Positions 36,601 to 46,490 of a stretch of DNA of 64,000 nt are shown one piece after another (positions within the stretch are counted from its first letter, which is position 1; every line of letters begins with the position of its first letter). A program made the position numbers and the translations under genes. Origin of the DNA: Okamejei kenojei (lineage: Eukaryota); NCBI GenBank assembly GCA_035221665.1, contig CM069159.1, forward strand, positions 22,196,001 through 22,260,000, written 5' to 3'. The notes beneath the pieces are model-generated. The model was not told the origin of the DNA. It saw only the letters and a list, made by a program, of their open reading frames with translations, and searched no databases.

Positions 36601-37914
36601 ATATATAATTATATAGGTCACAGGATTGATGAAGGGATTTTCTGTCCCAGTGATAGCATTCAACTTCATGGATAGAAACCTGCTTTATTGCCATTTTTAT
36701 ATTGTAAAAATTAATACAGGGCTTTGCAAGTACAAGAGGAGGAGGCGAAGGAATGAATTAATCCGCTAACGATTATTTAACTTGGCAACACGCACCTGAC
36801 AAACTATCAAATGTGATTTCATTGATAAAAACATAATGGGTTAATCAACTGCCAAAGGCAGGTTTTCAAATTGAAAACTCGTGGGATGATTTAAAGACAA
36901 TGATTGTCAGTCTTGTCAGCGTAGTAATAGTTTTAAAATAACCTTGAACAAGGTGAACAAATTATTTCCTTCACCTCCTTACCTGCCTTAATAGAATGTT
37001 TGACAGCACCGTTTGGGTGAATCTCTCATAGTTGCTATGCACCTCCTAAATTCAATTTGTCACACTCATTCAATATACAATTGTGAAAATTGTGATGTTG
37101 AGCTAAAGTGGAAACTATAAAAGCTAATAAATGAATTAGAACCACCTTATGCAGCATTTAACATTTTTCATGTCCGATGGCATTTAACAGAAAGAGGTTT
37201 TTCTTAATTGAGACTAATAAAATTAATATGAGGGCCTTTCAGTAGAAATTAGAGAAAGGCCAGACAAATATTAACAAATGGCAACAAGCTTGTGCCATTC
37301 CGCATTAAATTTCCATTATAGATCTTCCCTTTCTTGACGTATAACTTCACTGGTTAGATGTACTGTACATAAACAATAAATTCAGCACTGGAATGATGCC
37401 ATCTTAAATGGTAGTTTGAGATGGAGCATATGTATCTATTAGAAACGGTGACATTGCAAAGCAGCAAGATCTGGAGAAACACACAAACCATTTCACAGGA
37501 TATATGCCATCAGTGACTGACCTGTTATGTTGATACTATGAAGTCATCTTGGAGGGGATATAGTATTGATGGACAGATAAATATTCCCCATTTAGATGTG
37601 TTTCCATATTCTTGGCATAAACTTATTACAAACTACATGTTTCTTCACAGCAATTTCTTCAAGCACTTAAACTAAGTAGGTTGGCAAATCAAAATATTGC
37701 CACCCTTTAATTAGACCTTTCCAGGGATATATACGAATATGGTGCTGATAATTTGAATGGTGGCAAAGGTAGCTACGAAAATAGCACTATAATACTAGTT
37801 TCCATGAGGCTAACTTCTACCACGGGGTGTGTACTTGACTTCTCTGAGCTGTGAAACACATTCTGTACATTGATTTCACAATTTGTGTCAAATATTTTGT
37901 TAAACTAATATCTA

Positions 37915-38144
37915 TTACTTAAGCAGGGTTGTCTGCCCTTGTTGTTCTTCATGATCCACCTTCCCCAGAATGGCTACTTCATCCTCAGGCTGGTGTCTGT
38001 ACTTGTGAAACTCTTCCTTCATGGCAGAAAAATAACCATACGGGTCCTGACGAGAGTGTCTCTTCTTCCTTTGGAGGTAGAGAATGCCTTGGGGCTGGAG
38101 AACCTGAGATTCACTGGGCTGCTGGACCTGTGAGATTAGAAAAC
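37915..38144 (-). CDS. Candidate terminal coding exon of an unidentified gene
   Basis: Acceptor TTTTTTTTCTTTGGTCAG| at 38144 (alternative CTCACAG| at 38127); frame FLISQVQQPSESQVLQPQGILYLQRKKRHSRQDPYGYFSAMKEEFHKYRHQPEDEVAILGKVDHEEQQGQTTLLK ends TAA TAG; GC-richer than flanks; phase matches the 42381-42260 exon. Confidence 0.45.
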
Positions 38145-38269
38145 CTGACCAAAGAAAAAAAACAATAATTAGTCCTCACTATCTCTCAATTAGAATTTTT
38201 GGGTTTGGGGGACCTTAACTACTTTGGAAAAATAATTACCATTGATCTTTTTGCAGGCTGCTCTTTTGC

Positions 38270-38540
38270 AGGAAAAGACTTAGTAGGAATCTGAGGGGTA
38301 ACCTTTTCACACAAAGGGTGGTGGGTGTATGGAACAAGCTGCCAGAGAAGGTGGTTGAGGCAGGGACAATCCCAACATTTGAGAAACAGTTAGACAGGTA
38401 TATGGATTGGACAGGTATAGGGGGATATGGACCAAACTTGGGCAGGTGGGACTAATGTAGCTGGGAGATGTTGGCCAGTGTGGACAAGATGAGCCGAAGG
38501 GCCTGTTTCCACACTGTATCACTCTATGAGTCTATGACTA
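38270..38540 (+). mobile_element. CR1 LINE 3' fragment, same subfamily as 700-1088
   Basis: AGGAATCTGAGGGGTAACCTTTTCACACAAAGGGTGGTGGGTGTATGGAACAAGCTGCC...; (ACTCTATG)n tail. Confidence 0.88.
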
Positions 38541-38696
38541 TAACTACAGAGGGACAGCACTAATTTAAAAATTAAATCTGCAGCACGGGACTTCGCTGCA
38601 GAAAACATCATTCTATTTCCCATACCCAGTCACAAAACCGAATAATTAAAATACCGGTAGAAAATAGCCTCTTTGATGAACACATTTTCTCACACA

Positions 38697-39017
38697 GAAG
38701 GACACAAAGTGCTGGAGTAAATCCGCGGGTCAGGCAGCATCTCTAGAGAACATGGGTAGGTGATGTAAAGAAAGAGCTGCAGATGCTGGTTTAAATCGAA
38801 GGTAGACACAAAATGCTAGAGTAACATGATCACATTCGATCAGCCATGATCACAAAATACTGGAGTAACTCAGCAGGACAGGCAGCATCTCTGGAGAGAA
38901 GGAATGGGTGACCTTTCGGCTCTGAATGTCTGAAGAAGGGTCTTGACCCGAAATGTCACCCATATCTCTCCAGAGATGCTGCCTGTCCTGCTGAGTTACT
39001 CCAGTATTTTGTGTCTA
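38697..39017. mobile_element. Cluster of nested and inverted Penelope-like terminal repeats
   Basis: Three minus-oriented CACAAA(A/G)T(G/A)CT(G/A)GAGTAA starts followed by a plus-oriented copy beginning CTGAAGAAGGGTC. Confidence 0.8.
38930..38957 (+). ncRNA. Minimal hammerhead ribozyme core, best-preserved copy (Penelope-associated)
   Basis: CUGAAGA, an extra A, stem II GGGUC/GACCC, GAAA, UG, UC cleavage site; matches the CUGANGA...GAAA...UH consensus. Stem I is only ~2 bp. Confidence 0.6.
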
Positions 39018-39029
39018 TGATAGATGATG

Positions 39030-39140
39030 TTAGTTTAGTTTAGTTTGTTATTGTCATGTGTACTGAGGTACAGTGAAAAGCATTTTGTTGTGTGCTATCT
39101 AATCAGCAAGAAGACTATACATGATTATGATCAAGCCATC
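39030..39140 (-). mobile_element. Rex1/Babar-type 3' tail
   Basis: (TTTAG)n then TTATTGTCATGTGTACTGAGGTACAGTGAAAAGC, an antisense match to 21410-21468. Confidence 0.55.
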
Positions 39141-39149
39141 TTATATATC

Positions 39150-40170
39150 TCTGGAGAGCATCGCTGGAGAGATGGAATGGGTGACGTTTCGGGTCGAGAC
39201 CCTTCAGACTGATGTCAGGGGAGGGGGTGGGACAAAGATAGAATGTAGTCGGAGACAGTAAGACTAGTGGGAGAACTGGGAATGGGGACAGGATAGAGAG
39301 GAAAGCAAAGGCTATCTGAAGTTAGAGGTCAATGTTTATACCGCTGGGGTGTAAACTACCCATGCAAAATATGAGGTGCTGTTCCTCCAATTTGCGCTGG
39401 GCCTCACTCTGACAATGGAGGAGGCCCAGGACAGAAAGGTCAGATTGGGAATGGGAGGGGAAGTTGAAGTGCTGAGCCACCGGGAGATCCGGTAGGTCAA
39501 GACGGACTGAGCAGAGGTGTTCAGCGAAACAATCGCCGTGCCTGCGCATGGTCTCACTGATGTAGAGAAGTTGACACCTAAAACAGCAGTAACAGTAGAT
39601 CAGGTTGGAGGAGGTGCAAGTGAACCTCTGCCTCACTTGGAAAGACTGTTTGGGTCCTTGGATGGAATCGAGGGGGGAGCTAAAGGGGCAGGTGTTGCAT
39701 CTTCTGCGGTTGCAGGGGAAAGTACCTGGGGAGGGGATGGTTTGGGTGGGAAGTTACGAACTGACCAAGGTGTTTCGGAGCAAACGGTCCCTGCAGAAAG
39801 CAGAAAGGGGTGGAGATGGGAAGATGTGGGCAGTACTGGGATCCCGTTGGGGGTGGCAAAACATTTGGAGGATTATATGCTGTATGCGACGGCTGATGGA
39901 ATGGAAGGCGAGGACAAGGGAGACTCTGTCCTTGTTATGAATGGGGGGAGTGGGAGCAGGAGTAGAGCTGCGGGATATCGAGGAGACCCTAGTGAGAGCC
40001 TCATCCATAATGGAAGAGGAGACCCCCGTTTCCTAAAGAATGAGGACATCTCCGATGCACTGGTATAGAACACCTCATCCTGAGCGCAGATGCAGCGTAG
40101 ACAGAGGAATTGGGAGTAGGGGATAGAGTTTTTACAGGAAGCAGGGTGGGAAGAAGTGTAGTCAAGAAAT
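39150..40170 (-). mobile_element. Penelope-like retroelement 3' half (RT thumb and GIY-YIG endonuclease), Neptune-type, decayed
   Basis: Minus strand FLDYTSSHPASCKNSIPYSQFLCLRCIC (PLE thumb) and FTCTSSNLIYCYCCFRCQLLYISET..R...F.EH...VAQHFN..E...I..GIN (GIY-YIG); followed by the terminal repeat with hammerhead-like core at 39183-39207. Confidence 0.92.
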
Positions 40171-40175
40171 GTAGG

Positions 40176-40219
40176 TATATATATACATATCCATACATAT
40201 ATATATATATATATATATA
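40176..40219. repeat. (TA)n microsatellite, imperfect
   Basis: TATATATATACATATCCATACATATATATATATATATATATATA at the 5' break of the Penelope element. Confidence 0.9.
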
Positions 40220-41942
40220 GTGTTCATGGTGAAGTCCATTGATCGGTAATATTTGAAAATTAAATTAAAAAAAGACACCTTTAATCATCATTTGTAATCC
40301 ACAAACGCCTGAGGTCATCAGTTTTCATGCATATAATAACTGTAGGTCTCTGGCCATGTCTTAAATGTCTTACAAGCACTACTGATACTGACGTTATATC
40401 ACTAATTCAATGTGCACGCAAAATTCGCTTCAAACTGACCCAAAATTGGAAGCAGAGCCCTCGACTGAAATCTCAACGGAGCCATATGTTGCTCTTGGCT
40501 TTGTCAGCGGTCAATAATTATAGTGGACATATTCACTTATTTTCTTTTCATTTAAAAAAAAAACTTTTTATGACCCTGAATGGACTCATCAAAATCTCTG
40601 GCAAAGAGAACAGTAAGAGGATGGGAAAAAATTAATTTAGTACAAAAGCTTTACATATGTAGTAAACAATTCTCTGAAATACAGGGGTCAAAGTAACAAC
40701 AAAAGGAAGTCAATCTTTGTGATCGAGACCCATTACTGTTCCAACACGCAAGAGCTCACGATGTTGCGGAGCTCACCAGGAACTGGTAAATTAATAGAAG
40801 GTTTTGAAAGAGCAATGCTCTGGAGAGGGTCACATCTAGGAACTATCTACTTATGAAATAATAAAGGTCATTAAGGCTCCCCCTGGCCAAATAATAATCA
40901 ATGACAGTGTTTCCTAAGCACACTGTAGTGGTCTCTTTAGAGAGCACTCTTTAGTTTTCTTATTGCCAAGCACCAATGTCTGGAAATGCCTGATAGTCCC
41001 ATAGATGTCAACGAACCATGGATCAATTGATTCATCACATACTCTCAATCCTTTGGAAAACACTTGAATAAAGTGCATATCCCAACTCTGTACCAATCTT
41101 TTCTTAAATTTAATTTCGAACCCTCACAATTTTCTTCTTATAATATTGAATAGTGAGTGATCGTGACAAAGTTCAACATCCATTTCTCATTCTTTTTTAC
41201 CTACCTGCAACTTTTGACTTGTTTGACCCACCATCCTCCCCCAACACCTCTCTGCCATCACCCACCAGGTTAAGACCCGTCTCTGTCCACACCTAACCAG
41301 CTAAGCCAGAGAATGATTTCTCCCTGGTCCATTACCTCAAGCATTCCCATGGATTCTTGGGGCTCCCCTACATCAACATGCTGCCCATTGACAAAGTTAT
41401 TTAAAAATGCCACTTACCACAAGCATGCTGACAACCTCATCACCACCTGCGCTGACTGTTTTTTGCATCTAAATTTCAACATCCAGATTTGGATCAACAG
41501 ATATTCCCTTCAATTAATTATATGGAAGACCTTAGCTATTATTTTTAGTTCTTGCCAAATACTTTATTCTCTTCCCATCAATTTTGTCACTATTATTAGG
41601 GCTGTCACATCATTAAAAGAACACTACTGAAACATATGAATTGCAGTTTGAGATATAAGTACACCAAAATAGTTATCAGCATTCGTTAAAATGCAACATT
41701 AAATTATTTATACTAACTGGATTAGACAATGGGTTATAGTGTCAGGTAAAAGAATGTTATATAAATGGCCTAAGTGCTCCAAAGTAATAATAAACAGCAC
41801 CAAAAATCAATGCTGAAGATATAATGCACACAGTTAAACTATCTCTGAAGGAAAAACTTATGAAAGATATGAATGCATTATTCATTCGCTTTCAGCCCTC
41901 TTTGAAGTTATCTAATACCCGGCCCTATTTCTGTTCATCAAA

Positions 41943-42245
41943 TTTAGTTTAGTTTAGAGATACAGCTCAGGAACAGGCCCTTCAGCCCACTGAGTCTGCA
42001 CCGCCAGTGATAATACACTAGCACTATCCTACACACTAAGTACAATTTACAATCTTTGACAAAGCCAATTAACCTACAAACTTGTACATCTTTGGAGGAT
42101 GGGAGAAAAATGGAGTACCCATGGGAAAACCCATGCAGTCATGGAGAGAGCGTACAAACTCCATACAGAGAGTACCCATAGTGAGGATTGAACCCGGGTC
42201 TCTGGCACTGTAAGACGGCAACTCCACCGCTGTGTCAGCCGTGCC
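41943..42245 (-). mobile_element. HE1/V-SINE-type SINE, near full length
   Basis: (TTTAG)n tail, V-domain, GGATTGAACCCGGGTCTCTGG (antisense B box), head ending GTGCC. Confidence 0.87.
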
Positions 42246-42259
42246 AATGAGTCACTCAC

Positions 42260-42381
42260 TGTTTTTTCGCCGTGGTTTTGAGGGGAGCTGGGTTGCCTTC
42301 TTGGGCTTTCTCACACGTTCATATCTCAGTCCTTCAAAGCTCGCAGGTACAGCAGCCTCACCATGTGTATCTGGAGGCCTC
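42260..42381 (-). CDS. Candidate internal coding exon (122 nt) of an unidentified gene
   Basis: Strong acceptor TTTTTTTTTGTTTCTCTTGCTCTTGCAG| and donor ACA|GTGAGT; only one frame is open: RPPDTHGEAAVPASFEGLRYERVRKPKKATQLPSKPRRKN. Confidence 0.55.
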
Positions 42382-44917
42382 CTGCAAGAGCAAGAGAAAC
42401 AAAAAAAAAGGGATGGGGAAAAATTCAACTGTACCAGTTAATCTGACTTACAATTAATTACTCATCGTCACTGAGCAATAACATGCGATAGTAACACATT
42501 AAAATATGTTAACTATAGAAACTGAACCAAAATTCAACGATTTGTTTGGACAGACCAGATTTAAAATATTTAAAGCAGTGTAATATTACAGTCATGTTGC
42601 TTGAATGCAATTAGGTTTTTAAAGTGTTAACATTTTGATTTTTTCTAGTCTCTTCATTCCCTTGAACCCGACTGATCATCCTATCCAATATAAAGCAAAG
42701 TGATGATACACTGATAGTCCTTGGGCTTTGCCTGATTATAAAAAAGTAATTTGGCATTGCAGAGGAATGATTTCATGAATGTTATGAAGAGATAGGTGAG
42801 TGGTTAAGGCAATGGACTCTGTACTCTGAACACCCGGATTCAAATCCCATTTTGTATGCACACAGTTATCTATGGAAATATTGTCTACAAAAATATTTGT
42901 GTATACAAAAAGAGTACTAATTGCTTCATCCTCACAAGAGATGCCTGCCTTCTGATGGGTATCTTGGCCTAACAAAACAGAAACTGAGATCTAGAAGTTA
43001 CCAAGATTGGAACTGAAACATTAAATGTCAAACTCTACCTGGCAAATTGAAGTCCAGATCACTGTGCACTCTGTCAGATGCTGGTTCTCTGTAAAGAGGA
43101 AGGAGCATGAAGGTGGAAAATGATCATGGTCAATTTTCAGGCACATGGAGTATGTATCCCATGAGTGAAGCCTGAAGTTCACCTTAAATTGGATTTTGGG
43201 CTTTGTAGGGTTAATTTGGGCAAGTTTGCCATATACCTTTCGTATACCTCCACGTTAAACTTGTCTTCTTTGCCTGCATGAAAATATACTTAAGTTGTCC
43301 ATAAACAGAGGCTGTAAAACAGGGATAATACAGGAGAGAATGGGAAGACGATGTCACCTAAAATGGGAAAGATCCACTTGCTCCACTGCTTGGAACCGAT
43401 TTCTGAGCCAGTATTTACATGAGTAATGAATCGTTTATTTAAAGTGGTTCCACAGGTCACTGAGAAAAAAAAAAACTGGTTAGATATTTATCAGAGTCTA
43501 CAGGAACCAGGCCCACTTCCCCTGAAATAGGTAAACGGCGATATGATTTCCTTTTTTCTAATCTTTAAAACACATTAAAAATGCACCAGAATTAATGCGA
43601 TAGAGTGCTGGTACAAACTATAAATCCCACTCACTGGCTTCTTTCTGAAAATAAAATGTTCCTAGTTATGTGTTCATTTACATCCGTATGCTGTTTCTAA
43701 TCATACAAAGCCTTCTCTCAGGTGAGAGGATACAATGATGTCTCTGACCCTGTACCTGGTAGAAGGGCATTTGGACATCTCTCTTAATTTCACTTACATG
43801 TCCTCTCGCTGAAGTCATAGAGCCTACAGTCTGGTAACACATGTATGACCCTACAGCACACACGTCAAAACACTTGAGAAGTCATTGATGGAATATTCAT
43901 ATTTTTAGTAATCTGCGTGGGGTTGGATCAAAGAAAGTAGTGGAAATTATTTAAAGTAGTTTTGATCAAATATTACCCTGACATAATTGTACTAAACCAA
44001 ACAGTGATCATAGGTTTGCAGGCCAGGAGTTAAGTTAACAATGCTGAGAAAAACATTACACAATGCTGGCCAATTCCAATTTTGCCGCCAACTTTAATAG
44101 ATCTACCCGGAATTTATTCATATCACTGATATTACAAACACTGAATTATTTTATTTCATTTTCTAAAGCAGATTTTATTTATTTACTAATCATCAAGTCA
44201 ATATATAAATTTAAAAAGATACGTGGGTAACAACATTTCATTTCAATGGATAGTTATTATATTCACTACAAAGTGCCTATAATTAAAGCCACAATGGTTA
44301 GTGGTGCTGAGATAGGCACTTACAGTGGTAAACTAACTTAAACTTTATAGCCAAAGCCACTGTAATATTATTACCATATTACAAACTTCTAGATGGTACG
44401 GGAAGATTTCAAGTGCTTACGTACTTTGCATGATGATCTAGTGTTTCTCTCCACCCCTCACAGTGCCATTTCCAATGTTCAACACTCGCCTCCTATCTCC
44501 CAACCTTGTCTGCCATTTTGTCCTTTGACTCCCATTACTTTGACCTTTTCACTCTCCACCTCACCGCCTTCCTCATGCCACCCTTGACCTCCTGCGTTTG
44601 CCCATTTCTTGGTCCAACTGTCTTAATCGATCTGAATAGGGACTATCCAGTCTTGGTGTTAAACGCATGAGTATCCGCTGCTGGTTGTACTCTCCATCAC
44701 ACCTATGGTTCTATTTTGAACCATATGCAGCGAGCTGAGAACCACCACCAACTATCGCCAGACACACTTGTGGTATTTCCCCATGTCACCAATGGCACCT
44801 GAGAACTTTGGCGAATAAATGTAGCTGAATGTATTTGCTTTGAGTTTCTTATGTTTTCTGCTTTGTTTTTGATTTCCTGCCTAATCAAAGCATTATTGAA
44901 TGCACAATTAATGACAT

Positions 44918-45393
44918 GATTGATTCCTGGCATGTCAGGACTTTCATATGAGGAAAGACTGGATAGACTTGGCTTCGCTAGAATTTGAAGACTGAGGGGG
45001 GATCTTATAGAAACTTACAAAATTCTTAAGGGGTTGGATAGGCTAGATGCAGGAAGATTGTTCCCGATGTTGGGGAGGTCCAGAACAAGGGGTCACAGTC
45101 TAAGGATAAGGGGGAATTCCTTTAGGACCGAGATGAGGAAAACATTTTTCACACAGAGAGTAGTGAGTCTCTGGAATTATCTGCCACAGAAGGTAGTTGA
45201 GGCCAGTTCATTGGCTATATTTAAGAGGGAGTTAGATGTGGCCCTTGTGGCTAAAGGGATCAGGGGGTATGGAGAGAAGGCAGGTACAGGATACTGAGTT
45301 GGATGATCAGCCATGATCATATTGAATGGCGGTGCAGGCTCGAAGGGCCGAATGGCCTATTCCTGTACCTATTTTCTATGTTTCTATGTTTCT
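44918..45393 (+). mobile_element. Young CR1 LINE 3' fragment
   Basis: IPGMSGLSYEERLDRLG...RLRGDLIETYKILKGLDRLDAGRLFP...TRGHSLRIRG...FFTQRVVSLWNYLP; (TTTCTATG)3 tail; possible TSD ATGACAT at 44911-44917 and 45394-45400. Confidence 0.93.
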
Positions 45394-46004
45394 ATGACAT
45401 AGTGAAAATATATTTTCAGTAGTTTTAAACCAGTAGTGTGCTAATCACCTGGAATGTGAATGTGTGGGCTTAGCTGATGAGCCTTTATACTGAGCAACCC
45501 CACAATACAGAATTTATATTTCACAAACAGGCCAAATTGTTCAAATGGTGGAGATAGTGTTTACATCTGCTCAAGACTCCCCCATTCCAGTATCATCCAA
45601 ACATATCACTATTTATTTATTTCTCCATCATGTGCACCCAGTTTTCTCTTAAATATATATTGTTCTGTTCACCTCAACCCCACCATTCAACCATTGTGGG
45701 TACATTGTTCTCCTGATTTGTTGGAGACTACCTCAAAATCATGGCTTGAGGTGAAAAACTGAGGTCAACTTTAATTTTTAGATGACAGACTGAGCAAATC
45801 GCAAGGACTGGCTGGCTGCAGTGGCCCTGTGGTTTTAGGGTCGAATGCTCATAAATTGGACAGGGATGCTGCAAAGCATTAAGAAGATGGCCTGCTGGAC
45901 GAGAGCTCTTGCAAGTAAATTTAGTGTGTGTGGAGAGGACTGGAGAGAGGTTTTAATCATGGAGGTTCAGGTTCCTGAGTTGGTAGCCACCAGAACTTTG
46001 AATT

Positions 46005-46490
46005 ATATTTGATCACTCTGCTATAGAAATGGTGTTGTTAAACTGGAAAGGGTGCAGAAAAGATTCACCAGAAAGTTACCTGGACTCGAGTGTTTGAGAT
46101 ATAAGGATTGGTTGGGACTTTTTTCCCTGGAGAATAGGAGGTTAAGAGATAAGCTTATAGAGGTATACAAAATGATGGGAGACAATGATAAGGAGAATGG
46201 TCATAGCTTTTCCGGAAGGGTAGGGAAGGCCAGAACCAGTGGATAGGTTCAAGGTGGAGGGGAATGATTTAAAAGAGGGCAACCTCTGCACTCAGAGGAT
46301 GGTGCACATATTGAATGAGCTACTGGAACAAGCTGCAGAAGTGGGTACAATTGTGATATTTAAAAGACATTGAGGCAGGTACATCAATTGGAAAGGTTAA
46401 AGGGATATGGGCCATAAATACAAGCAATTGGGACTAGCTCATTTTAAAACCTGGTTGTCGTGGGATATTTCCATGCTATATGAATCCATG
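46005..46490 (+). mobile_element. Older CR1 LINE 3' fragment
   Basis: LERVQKRFTRKLPGLECLRYKDWLGLFSLENRRLRDKLIEVYKMM. Confidence 0.85.

Noticed and set aside
37990-38070. RKKR-HS read as a glucagon/secretin-family peptide start
   Set aside because: Lacks the HSxGxF pattern that follows in that family; only the basic site and HS match.
39517-40068. 183-aa plus-strand ORF
   Set aside because: Antisense frame of the Penelope RT/GIY-YIG region.
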